From Chara braunii (lineage: Eukaryota > Plantae > Charophyceae): a stretch of DNA of 60,453 nucleotides. Each line of letters begins with the position of its first letter. Position 1 is the stretch's first letter. This document shows, one piece after another, positions 23,370 through 35,400 of the stretch. The position numbers and the translations under genes are program-made. The DNA lies in NCBI GenBank assembly GCA_003427395.1, contig BFEA01000016.1, positions 2,002,173 through 2,062,625 on the forward strand. The letters run 5' to 3'. The notes below the pieces were generated by a model that saw only the letters and a program-made list of their open reading frames with translations, had not been told where the DNA came from and did no database searches.

Positions 23370-25891
23370 GCTGGTCTAGGCCACGTCACTGGCTGACGTG
23401 GAGGATGGACCGACCCCCGACGGTAACTCGGGAGTTTCGCGTTTTGCCCCATCGTCGCTGTGGTTCTGCCCGTGGCATAGGGCCATGAAGCGTTGGGTTA
23501 GTCCGCGCCTGTGGAGCACAGCGGAGTCAGCCCTTGGGACCTGAAGTGCGTGTGGGTTGTCATCCTCTTCAATGACATCATCTGGCATCGTTGCACTGGA
23601 GCTGCTTGGAATCATCATCATCATCATCAATAGTGCATGTTTTGACAGCGCCATCATGGTAAGGGGTTCGTCATCGTTACCAGGAGGCTGCTCGTTGGGG
23701 TGCTGCTCGTCATCATCATAGTTATCATCATTATCAATAGGGTGTGCTTCGACATCATCACCGGGGTGAGGGTTTCGTCATCATCATCAGGATGCTGCTT
23801 GTCATCACCGTCATCATCATCAGGGTACAACTCGTCCTCATCATCAAGGTAGATTTCGTCACTACTATCAGCAACAAGGTAAGTTGGTGTAGTTCATCAT
23901 CATCATCATCTTTTACGTTAGCATCATCAGCAGTGCCACCATCATTAATAGCTTACTGTCTTAGGGCGCTATTGGCGTTGTTCATCATCATCATCATTTT
24001 TCACGTTAGCTTTATCAGCAGTGCTATCATCATCAATAGTTTACTATCTTAGGGCGCTATTGGCGTTGTTCATCCTTATCAGTATCATCATTAGTTCATC
24101 ATATTAGGTGCGAGTTAGCACCATCATCATCCTTTGTCATTATCATCACCATCACCACCATCATCATCATCATCATCATTACCATCATTATCATCATCAC
24201 CATATCATCCTTATCATCGTCATCATCGTCATCATTATCATCATCATCATCATCATTACCTTTATTGTTATCTTTACCATCTGAAGTCGATTCTTGTTAT
24301 CAGTCATCATCGTCATTGTCATCATCATCACCATCAACATCATTTACCTTCATCGTTTTCCCTACCAACTGAAGTTGATTCTCGTCATCAGTATTATCAT
24401 CCGCTGGGAGTCGTTTTTGGTCATCCATTTTTCTAAAAATCATCAACATCTTCAACGTTATTACCATCAACCGAGAATTTTCATCGTATCACAATCATCA
24501 TCAATCATATCTTTGGGCTAGAGTTTTTGTGGTCACGTGTGGATTTTTGGGGAATGGTTGGGGGCGGTGTTGGGGAGCCTTACTGTACAGGGGCGCTGCA
24601 AGGTGGGAGGTGGGTGCCCTGTCGGGGGTGGGGCAGATTTGTGGATTGTCCTTGTCTAGGGCCGGGGTGGGAGAGTTGGTCGCCTTCAAGCCCGGCGGGG
24701 GCAGATAGGGACAAAGGGGAGGGCGAAGGCAACCTCTAGGCGGGAATTGGCTGTCTTGGCAGAGGGGGGAGGGAGGGGATATGTTCCAGGTTGGGGCCGA
24801 GGTGAATCTCCTCGGCGGAGGCAACGTGGGACAGGGGTGGTGGCATAGGGGAAATTTTTTCTCTGCGAAGTAACTACATATTACATTCAGCTTTCCAGGG
24901 TTCTGAGAGTTAGAGCAGCCTCCGACTTTCTTCTTTGTTAGGATCTTCAATCTCAGGGATGGTTACACCTGGACTGATATCAGTATGGTTGCCCTGTTCT
25001 ATGCTCTTAACTTGTCGATGCCAGAACGACGCTGGACGGAGCTGGGGCGTTACGGTAGGAGCGTGAGGCCTTGTAGAGAGATCTGGGGTTTGTCGAGGGA
25101 GGAAGGCAATCCAGTGGTGAATTGGGGGGGGCGCCTTGAACCCTCTGGGGTCGGGGATAGTCTCGGTGGCGAGAAGAGTTCAGCTATGGTTGGTTGATAC
25201 TGTCTTTGAGTAGTAGTGTCCTGGTACAGAGAGGGTTAGGAGTTGCTCTCGGATTACGAAGCCGGAGTTGCTGATATATCCACATACTTTAGATCCAATA
25301 AAAGTTTTTCAGAATTTCAAAAACTCAAAACAAGCCTTCTGGTGCTTCACAATTCTAGGCGGCACCCTGTTTTCTACCTCACTAGGGATATAGGAATTCA
25401 GAGATCGTCAAACCTGGGCTGATAACTGCTGCGCTGCTCTGTTCTATGCTCCTGGATCGCCGATGCCAGAACGACGCTGGCCGGAGCTGGGGCAAAGCCC
25501 TGTAACCTGCGATTGGGCCGGAGTGGGAGACCTTGTAGAGAGATCTGGAGTTAGCTGAGGGAGGAAAGCAACCTGTGGTGAACCGGGGGGGCTGCCTCGA
25601 CAATCTATGGGGTGGGGTTAGTCTAGCTGGTGAGAAGAGATCAGCTATGGTAGTCGTTGGTTAGGTTGGTCTTGTCCCTGAGTTGGAATATCATGGTAAG
25701 GGAGAGTTAGGAGTTGTTCTAGGATTAGGAGGCCAGAACGACTAAGATAGTACAATTTTTTTTTCATCGCCATCATTTTCATCATACGCATTTTCCTTCA
25801 TTTATATCAACCAATCAATGCCATGATTTATTTCAGGGATGCTGGACCCGGTTTCCAGCAGGTGTTGCTCCCCACCAATAGATGGAGCTCT

Positions 25892-25932
<41 letters not shown>
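23370..25932 (+). mobile_element. Non-autonomous (CAT)n-rich retroelement ending in the LINE tail and poly(A)
   Basis: CAT microsatellite about 23600-24510, internal duplicated unit GATGCCAGAACGACGCTGG...GAGAGATCTGG (25017, 25463), tail at 25836, poly(A) 25895-25932. The 5' boundary is uncertain. Confidence 0.65.
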
Positions 25933-25934
<2 letters not shown>

Positions 25935-26392
25935 GGATCTGCAGGGTTGGGCTATTTTCAAGGGTGATAGGCTTTGCTTTTGTAGGTTTTGTTTTGTTTT
26001 CTTTTTTAGGGTTATTTGCGTAGTGCACAATTAGGATTACATAGTGTATAATTAGGATTTCGTCATTTCGTATGGTCAAAGGAGACAACTTACCCCGTGG
26101 CCTTCTCTATGATGTAAGGGATGCCGGACCCGTTTTCCGACTTGTATAATTCAAAAGCAGCCATTGTATGAACCAGGCCGGAGTGCCTGGATCATACGAC
26201 ATCTGGCTGCCTCTTGATTGAAAAAAAAAGAAGAAAAAAGAAAGAAAAGGTGTTCAGATTATTTTTCTGCATAACATTTTTTGTTTCAGATTTTTTTCGA
26301 TAACCTTTTATTTTATTTTTTTTTCCCATTGACCGGGACTCCCTGTAAGGATTGCGGTGACCACCGATCATGGGGATTCGTAGGCAGAATCC

Positions 26393-26600
26393 TCACCAAA
26401 CCAAATAGGAACGGGGACCAAAAAGAAGAGAAACAGAAAGGAATGGGGACGTAATATTTCGTGCCTGCTTTCCTGAGCCATGCGTGTACTTTCTGTTCAC
26501 TCTTCGAATTGGTCGACTACGATGCTCTGCCCATCTATCTCTTAGTGCCCTGGTCATTTTTCCCACGTACACCAACTTGTGGAACAACAGGACATACTAG
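26393..26600 (-). pseudogene. GIY-YIG endonuclease fragment (Penelope-like element)
   Basis: YVLLFHKLVYVGKMTRALRDRWAEH fits the Y...YVG-x-T-x-R-x-L-x-x-R-x-x-EH pattern; after a frameshift it continues VHAWLRKAG...YVPIP. Confidence 0.7.
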
Positions 26601-26829
26601 TAAGATACTCACACAACTATTTACACACAAGAGCCTGTCCTAGTCGCTACGTGACATCCACAACCACATTCACACGACGTAAGCCTTGCCCCATGCAATG
26701 TTCCCCCGTGCACATCCAAGCCGAACGATCAAGACATGAACTTGTTCCAGGAGCAAGCACATAGGCCCGTCGACTACATGCATCAACATGACGAGCCGAT
26801 TAAGCTGCTCTGAGCAGTGATCTCAGGCT

Positions 26830-26869
<40 letters not shown>

Positions 26870-26870
<1 letters not shown>

Positions 26871-28445
26871 AAGCAGTCAGCAGCGATATTAGGCTACCAC
26901 AACCTAGTTTCCCCTCAATACAGGATTGAGTCAGAGTCCTAAGCGTAAACGAGTCCTGGGTGGCCTTTTGGCCAGAGGTGCCAATCCAGGATCTCCCCAT
27001 TGACATTGCGGAATGGAGATGGAAGATTCCAACACAAAACGGAAGATCTAGGTACCGGTACCTCCATACACTAGAAGTTAAAGCCACCTATAGGATGCTC
27101 ATGACTAGAATAAACCTTAGAGATCGCATTATTGATCGCTGGGCACGTCACCTCAATATTCCAATGGATTACCTGAGACCCATTAAATGGTTCAAAGAGG
27201 TGAAAAATAAACCAGCCATGTCCGCGTCGCTTCAATGGCAGATTAACCACCGCTGCCTTCCAACGAATGCATGGCTCATTGATCATACTCCCCTGAAGCA
27301 GAAAGGGGTGGCGCTCCCTTGGTGCCATGCATGCAAGGAAGGTTTCCCCTCTCGAAAGATCAACGAGACAATAGAACACCTCTTCCTGCAGTGCCCCGCC
27401 TCTATTCTTACATGGCGTGGATGGGTCCGAATCTGGAACCATTTGGACACAGACAGGGACTGGCCATGGGAATGGAGGGCCCTGCTAACCGGTCACTGGA
27501 CTGCCCAATCCTCGTCCTTCACATCCAACTTATTTAGGGTTGGGAGGGGAGCTGTACTATGGGCCATTTGGCGACGCAGATGCATCCTAGTACTTGAAAA
27601 TACACATGTCGCAAGTGAGGAACATTGGAAATGATCAAAGACAGGATCGAAACAGTAATCAGAGCTCAGTGGAAGAAAACGGTACAAGAAATGAGAGCTC
27701 TCACAAAAAGAACTGACATTACCCAAAAGCTAAACAAATTCTGCATGGATTGGTTCGGGGGGGAACAGGGGGGACGGATTACATGGATACAATGGGATGG
27801 TTGGCTGTTAGATGGCAACGATCGCCTAGACAAATCTCAGAAGGATTATTGATTGCTTTTTCATACATGGACTGAAATCTCCAGCGACATCCCACTCCCC
27901 CCTGCCTCTGAGTTCCCTGATCTCTTCCCCCCATCACACAACACCTTAGTTGAACTGAGCTGGTTTGGCCGAGACACTGTGGCGCCCATCCATCACAACC
28001 AGGGCGAGATCGATCAGAAGGGAGAAAGGGAATAGGAGGACTAGGTCTCTCCCCCAGTCGCCCCCTGGATGCAGAATCTGCCTCCCCATTCCCTCCCTCA
28101 CACCTGGTCGGTCTACCTAAGGATATGGCTGGGTGGACAGACCCCATCACCTACAATTCTTGTTGGAAAAGGGAGTAGGGACTAGCAGGTACATGTATAT
28201 CGGGCGCCTGATGTGAGGCGAAGAGGTCCCCCCCTGGCTTCAGTATCCTGCTCAGTCAATCCCCTGGAACCCAGGGTATCAATGCTGGCAGGACCCCACA
28301 ACAGTTGCATTCCAATCTCAGTCTGTGTAAGGGACGCTGGACCCGTTTTCCAGCAGGTGATGCTCCCCACCAATAGATGGAGCCTTGCCCTAAGTGCTAG
28401 TGGTGACTGCTCTTATCAGCACCACTAGCATTGGCGGGTGTGTTC

Positions 28446-28477
<32 letters not shown>
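26870..28477 (+). mobile_element. 5'-truncated LINE (ORF2 C-terminus, full tail, poly(A))
   Basis: ORF 26960-27634 is homologous to 10052-11008 (HRCLPTN, CHAC...ETIEHLFLQC). Tail modules at 28200-28420, poly(A) 28450-28477. Confidence 0.9.
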
Positions 28478-28478
<1 letters not shown>

Positions 28479-28612
28479 ACATAGGTTTCGGACAGGACGA
28501 CTTGTCGCAGGAGCCTTCTGTGCGAGCTTCCAGCCGTCTTGATGGTTTTGAGTGGCGGTTCAATCCAGCATCATTGGCTGGGAAACGTACTCAGTCTGGT
28601 GGTTCAATGATG

Positions 28613-28615
<3 letters not shown>

Positions 28616-28647
<32 letters not shown>

Positions 28648-29520
28648 GAAAAAGGGTCCAGCGTCCCATTATACATCCATTATACATCCTGAAAATGAGC
28701 TTGACTGTATCGACCTGTCAGCATTGATTACCCTTGTCACCAGGGGATTGACTGAGCAGGTAGTAGAATATCTGACTTGTTGCAAATAGGAGTCTAGCCA
28801 TAACCAAGGACCCCTTTGTCAAGCCACCTCTTCAGACTTAACGAGGCTGTCGGCTGAAATCCTGTGTTTCTAAATTTGAATGTGTGCCAGATCTGCGCTG
28901 GGCTGAGCAGAGTGGACGTGTACTGTCAGCATGGACATCCAGCCAAGGTATTCCTTTTTTTCTTCTTCTTTTTGGGGGGGCCGGGGGGAAGTGGGGGGGT
29001 AAAAAATTGCTCCAATCTATTCGTGGGGAGCAGCACATGCTGGGAACCGGGCCCAGCGCCCCATTCGAAAGGCACATGAGTTACCGGAGCCAGGTTCAAT
29101 AAGCCTTGCTGAGTCCTTTTTGAGTGTGAGTGTGGGATGAAAGTCCCGGCAGGCTGGCAGCATACACGCCGTGACTTTGATTTTATAGCTGGGAAATGTA
29201 CTGGTGGTTTAATCCAGCTAAGCCTTGCTGAGTCCTTTTTTTTTCTTTTCTTTAAATGTTGAACATAGGTGGTGGGGTGGGTGCTGATATTAAGAGCAGA
29301 CACCCCCTCTACTGTTCCCGATCTTGGATGGCTCCATTCCATTGGTGGGGAGCTGCACCTGCTGGAAAACGGGTCTAGCGTCCCTTACATACATCATAAC
29401 AAGGAGCCAGAGTTACATGTTATCCATGCAGTTAACTTATGTCAATTTATATGACATTGTGATGAGCAGCATTGATTGCCCTTTCGCAAGGGGATTGACT
29501 GCCCCTCAACCTCTCAGAGG
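28616..29520 (-). mobile_element. Cluster of three stacked minus-strand retro-tail fragments
   Basis: T-runs at 28616, 28955 and 29236, each followed by the reverse complement of tail modules (28644-28667, 29009-29062, 29281-29384). CAAT hairpins at 28719 and 29468. Confidence 0.8.
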
Positions 29521-30149
29521 TGGACTGATGCCTATCTTCAACCGCTATTTAATTTATGTATATCTTCTACTCCTACTGCGCCGGCGCACTGAGTCTCCAC
29601 CCTGGCCCTCCCATGTGGCAGAATCCCAGCCGTCACTCACCCTTCCTTCCACAACAAGTCTAGAGCATTCCCGAGCCCCTCCCACCCAGAGAATAGACTG
29701 CATTGCCCCTACCACTGGCAGGAGTTACCCTACAAGCATCTTCTCCGCAGTCCATACCTCCGAATACCATATGTCTATTTTTACTCCTCAGGATGAAGTA
29801 CATGCGGACACACAGCTGTCTTCGTCAGCGCCTGACGTTCGCCTCAGGAGGTTATTGCTGTGGCTGTCTCAACTACCCAGCATGTCAGGAGAGGACTTCA
29901 AGGCAAAGAGACTTTCCTGTGGCCAGGCTTCCATTGTCATCATGATGCTGTTCTCGTCAATGATGGGGAAAAGGACAACTGTCATTGTGCTTCGCTCCCA
30001 TAACCCCATCCCCGATTTTTTTTTTTTTTTTTTTTTTTTTTGTTCCTGAACTTTTGATTATATTATCTGGAATCTTGTTGTTTGCTGGACACAACGGCGG
30101 CCATCCCTCCAGGGCAAAGGAGGGGGCAGGGGCCCACGTCACATCCCTG

Positions 30150-31571
30150 CTGCTATTCTAAATTATAGGCCGCCGCGCCACACAGCGAAAGGAAGAGAGT
30201 GAACAGACGAGGGAGTGACCAACCCCAACGCCCAAATCCATCAAATTGGGGGGGCAGTTACAGAGGAGAGGAAGATAACAAGCTGCCCGGCACAGAAAGC
30301 GGACACATGAGGACAGAGAGCAAAGATTCACAATGATAGCCACGCTCCATCTCACATGTATATATAGGCACAAAACCATAGCAATATCGAAAAATCTCAG
30401 AACAAAGTACAATCGCGCGGTACTTCCCCGACGCGTTTCGTCCACCACCGCATATGGACTCATCAGGGGGAAGAGCCCCTAAAAGATTCAAGACATCGCT
30501 GTCCAGGAGGTCGTACCGTATGCCTTGCCCCCAATTCAACTAACCTACTCCTACCCTCCTCGAAGCCATCAGACAACGACCAATGAAACCCAAGATCCCA
30601 GCACAATAGATCCATCGTGCATCCAGTGTGGCATCAAAACTGCAAGGGCAATCGTCGATAAATACGACGATTGGGCCAGCCGACAGAAACTCAAGCGCCA
30701 AGAGAGCGGCCATAGCAACCATAGAACCCCCAAAAAACTGTCTCGGCACGATCAGAGTGACAGTGGAGGAATGGTGAAGTACCCTGCCGCTTGGTCAGCA
30801 CCCGAGTACCTCCTGCACACACAGAAATACAGCCAAACACACAGAAGGCACAACAGAAAAATGCCGGCACGAAGGATCACCACCTCGCCGTGCCAAAGAG
30901 ATGCAGCACACGGACGAACCGCTGAGGCAACAGAAGACCACCATGCGTCATGGTTTCAGCTAGCAACACCCCTGACGGGTCAGGCTCTGGCACCATAGCT
31001 AGGCGGCGGCTCCGGCTACGACAGCGCAGCAACCGGCTGCATGTTTGCAAACCCAGAGATGAGAGAGCCTACCGAGCAGCTGAGCAGAGTAAATAGTCTG
31101 ACGCCGGTGTTGAGAAGGTACCGCGCGAATGGAAGATCAAGCGAGGTACCACAAAGGGTCCCAACGGCAACCATCTGTATGGAGCCCGAGAAAACGTACA
31201 AAACCATAAACAACAGAGCACAACGCCCTGCCAACCGGTAAAGGGTCCCATCAACCGCCCAGATCAGGGTACCATAACACAGCAGAAGTCGCACTGGCAC
31301 TTCACCGGCAGCGGGAGCACAAAATCGACGTGAATCTGTAGGCGGCCGCCAATCAGAAGATGGACACAGTCCTCAGAGAACCACTGGGCTAAAGGTACTC
31401 AGGCCATAAGGGCCTGTTTGGCAATCAGAACCAAACCCCCAATGAGACCGAGGCAGCAGCTGCCTCCTCGGCACCAACCCCTAACGTCGCCCCCAGCGCT
31501 TGAAACGTAGAGGTTACAAGGCGCCGTGGATAACCTCTCATCAAGAGTTCCCTTCTAACGGCCAAAAGGGC
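30150..31571 (-). mobile_element. Hammerhead-containing non-autonomous element (Penelope-like or retrozyme-like)
   Basis: GC-rich body with no recognisable RT or endonuclease, frame ending RRVGVG*, then a hammerhead and about 270 nt of tail. Boundaries uncertain. Confidence 0.5.
30423..30473 (-). ncRNA. Type I minimal hammerhead ribozyme
   Basis: Minus strand reads CUUCCCC CUGAUGA GUCCA UAUGCGGUGG UGGAC GAA AC GC GU C GGGGAAG: intact core, 7-bp stem I, 5-bp stem II, palindromic ACGCGU stem III, GUC cleavage site (between 30430 and 30429). Confidence 0.92.
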
Positions 31572-32360
31572 TGTGACGCCCAACCTCATGCCCAGTGCGA
31601 CTTCCTGATCGGAGTGGGATGGGGCCCCGAAAGTGCGAAAGAGGGGTGTGCCAAGGATTTTAGGAAATTGTAGCGGAGTCCCAGGTCAGAACTGAGATCT
31701 CCTGTGGCCAGTTCAAGGGTAATTGAGCAAGATGGTAATCCCGAGTTGCATCGGTAGCTTGGGCTTCGGAACACAAGGCTACCGCTGGTGTGAGTATCAG
31801 CATCGTGGTCGGTCTCGGATCTGATGGACCTCCGGGACGCTATGAGTGTCGCGCTGGCTGGTTAGCCATCGACGTCGCTCGTAGCAGACTTCGGAATCGG
31901 ACGAGGCTGGTCTCAGTTGGAGACTGTGCGATCGCTGGTCCGCCTCAGTTCGGGTGGCGGACAAATCCCGCTGTGCGGTAAACACGGTCTTGCTGGCACT
32001 CCGAGCACAGGGTCCGCGGCCAGTAGGGGTAGAGCGCGCACCAGGGGACCGCTGTTAGACAGTGAAAGGGGATTGCGAGGCGGTGGGGAGGATAATTGGT
32101 CTCAATGATGGCGATTCCTAGCTCGACGATGATGTGTCGTGCGTGCGAGTGGGGAAATCGGGGTGAGAAGGGAATCACACTTAAAGCCCGTTCAATATCC
32201 CATTCACATACGCGCTCCGTTCCCACGTAGAAAGGGAACTCGGGGAGGTGGGACCGGGGTCGCGCGGCTTAATAGGCACGTTCCCGTTCCCAACGTTCCC
32301 AGAATCGTTGATGCCTCAGACTCTCGCGATCCGAGACGTAGAAGGGAATCTCAACGTCCA
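31572..32360 (-). mobile_element. Right-hand part of a gypsy LTR including the LTR-internal ORF (31945-32226)
   Basis: Minus strand ends GAGGTTGGGCGTCACA, like the end at 51653. Closely similar to 46634-47099. Confidence 0.85.
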
Positions 32361-32470
32361 TACCGGTAAAAAGGGGTTGACTTCATCATAGGCCCATAGA
32401 AAATGGAGGAAACGTTGTAGCCACTTCCGAGGAAGCGGCAGAACTTATCCCGCTTGATCAATACGTCGCC

Positions 32471-35400
32471 TTGGGTTATCCGGGGTTGGGAATGATTGGA
32501 ACCATCCGGCCCGCGGATGAGCAGAGAGAAGTGACCGAATGGAGACCGTCCTCGAGGGAGATGGAGTCGGGCGGTCCTACCTTCGTCACTGAGGAGATCA
32601 ATGTCCTAGACGTCGTCCGAGCCCTGGATCACCGGATTTCGTTGCTCATCGGGCACTTGTTGTCCATATCAGAACAAGCCAACGAACGTATGTTGCACCA
32701 TTGCAAGGAAAATAGGAAATGGTTTGCACTCACCAAGTTAGCAATGCAGAAAGGGAAGACCCCCGGCGATCCCCCGCTCTCGAAGACCAGCCAAACATCC
32801 CTAGCACTTCGACGCCAATGCAGCTAGGAATAATGGAAAAAGATGATCATTTTCTACAGATCAAAGCCGTTCCGTGGAAATCCGCAGAATGCGATATCGA
32901 GGTTTGGGGAAAATCGTATAATGCCATCCTCGATTCGGGAGCTGCAGTGCTGGCTATCTCGTTGAAGGTTGTAAAGCGGGCAGGGACAAAGAAAAATCTA
33001 ATCATATTAGCGGAAGGTGATCATCTCGTCTCAGAGGACGAAGAAAAAATCAAAGCGGTAGGAAGAATGACGAATGTCGCTTTTCGATTAGGAAAAGTTC
33101 ATGCCTTGGGAGATGTCGTAGTATTGGATGTGTTCACCTACAATGTCCTTTTGGGACTACCGGCCCTCACAGCATTGCAGGCTAACCTGGACTTCGAGAG
33201 ACGATCGGTTATCCTACGAAATACGGGTGGAAAGTCGTACGTCATTCCGATGCGACTAACTCTTCGGACCACACTGCCTCCAAAACCTCCTCCGAAATCA
33301 AAGGACCCCTTCGGGTGATCACATGGGAGGAACCAGTCCCCGAAAACGATCAAAAAGGAAAAGAACCCGAGTAGCCTAGCAGCTCCTCCGACAGTGACGA
33401 TGATTTCAATCCCGTAATCCATTATAGGATGCATCGATTGATCCGCTATCCCATTCGACAGGAAACGACGAAAACATTCGTCCTTACGGAAAAGAACCTA
33501 CAGCAGACTTGGGCTCTAATCTTTGGAGAACCACTCGTACAAGTATCCCGGATGATCGACTCTGTGGAACCCCTTCAGACCCTATACGAAGCCACCACCC
33601 CACTTCTTTCGAGATATCGAGAGAATAAGTCATTTTGTGACATTTCAGAGTTACCTCGTTCCTTGCTATCCCAAGAAAAGGAGGTGTGATTACTGCGCCT
33701 GGGGGCTGAAAGCGAAGCTTTGGAACCCCCTGAGCACGACGACCCTACACCCTATGAACTCGGAATCAAGATCGCCAAGAAACCCGTGTGCTGGCAGGAC
33801 ATCAGCGATGGTGTGACCCCGGAAGAACACATGGCCATCCGGGAAGAAGACGCTCAAATCGTCGTCACCATGTTCTCCTGGCAGTCAGACAACTCCTTTA
33901 TTTCTTCTCCCCGTGTAGAGAGTAGCAACAGAGTAAACACGAAACACGTGGCGGTTACCCTACACGAGCAGCCGTACGAGCTGCATCTACCGCAGTACGT
34001 ACCCAATGAGATTCATCGATTGATTGTGGATATTTTGGCCGTATATGAAGGGGCGATTAGCGTAACAGATACGGACATCGGATTGTCTCTAGTCATTCAA
34101 CATGAAATTCAGACCGGAACGCACCCGCCAATCCACTGCAAACCATACCGATATTATTTCGCGGAATGTAAAATAACACCACAAAGAATCAGAGAATTTG
34201 AGGCTAACGGGTGGATTGAACTAGCGACCGAACCATGATCATTTCCTGTGGTTTTAGTTTCGAAAAAAAATGGATCGATTTGCATTTGCATTGATTACAG
34301 GAAATTGAATGTGATCACGATTAAAGATGTGTACCCCCTTCCCCGGATTGATGATCTATTGGATGCGATTGGGTGTGCGAATTATTTCAGCAAGTTTGAT
34401 ATCCGTCACGGATTTCACCTCATTCTGGTCAAAGAGGAGGATCGGTCGAAGACGGCCTTTGTGTTATTCGAAGGCACCTGGCAGTGGGTCCGTTGTCCAA
34501 TGGGAATTTGTAATGCAACTGCCACTTTCCAGAGAGCGATGAACGTCACGTTCCAGAATTTCGTCAACAAGACCAAGCTCAGCCAAGGCATGATCAACTT
34601 TTGCGTCATTGTGTACATGGATGACATCTTGGTCTATTCGGAATCATTCCACGGGCATGCACAACATATCGAATGGACGCTCGGGGCGCTGCAGGATGCT
34701 AGCTTCAAGATTGCATTGGAGAAGAGTGAGTTTTTTCTTTCAGAGATTTCGTTCCTAGGGTACGTGGTGACCCGGGGAGGGTTCCGACCGGATTCGAGGA
34801 AAGTCACGACCGTTCGGGAGGCCCCCACACCAACAACGTTGACACAAGTCCGGGCCTTTTTGGGACTGGCCTCGTACTATCGTCGATTTATCAAAAGATT
34901 TGCGACCATCGCACGACCCCTAACGAATCTTCTACGGAAGGACCAGCCACTTAATTAGGACGCGGAGTGCGAGCGGTCCTTTGTCACTCTTAAAGAGGCT
35001 TTGGCCACGGCGCCTATTTTGATCCGGCCTGACCTGGAGAAACAGTTCATACTTATTACTGACTGGCAGCCTGAAGCAGTCTCCGCTATTTTGGCCCCAA
35101 AGGGGAACGATGGTCACGAACACGTTATTGAGTACGCTTCGCGAACGGTACCGGACGAGAGAAGGAACGATTTGGCGCCTCAGGCAGAGTGCTACGCAGT
35201 TGTTTGGGGGATTCAACACTTCCATCCGTATCTGTACGGATAGAAGTTCCTCCTCGTCACGGACCATGAGCCCCTGATGGCTCTTAAGAGACTTACTAAC
35301 TACAAGGGTATGATCGAACGTTGGGTTGTGCGATTGCAAGAGTATGATTTCCACATCGTCCACAGGAAGACTGAGAAGCACGGTAATGCCGACGGATTAA

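Noticed and set aside
23744-24521. His-, Ser- or Ile-rich ORFs, and the antisense poly-Leu/Val ORFs at 11820-12598
   Set aside because: Stop-free frames of (CAT)n and (AAC)n repeats.
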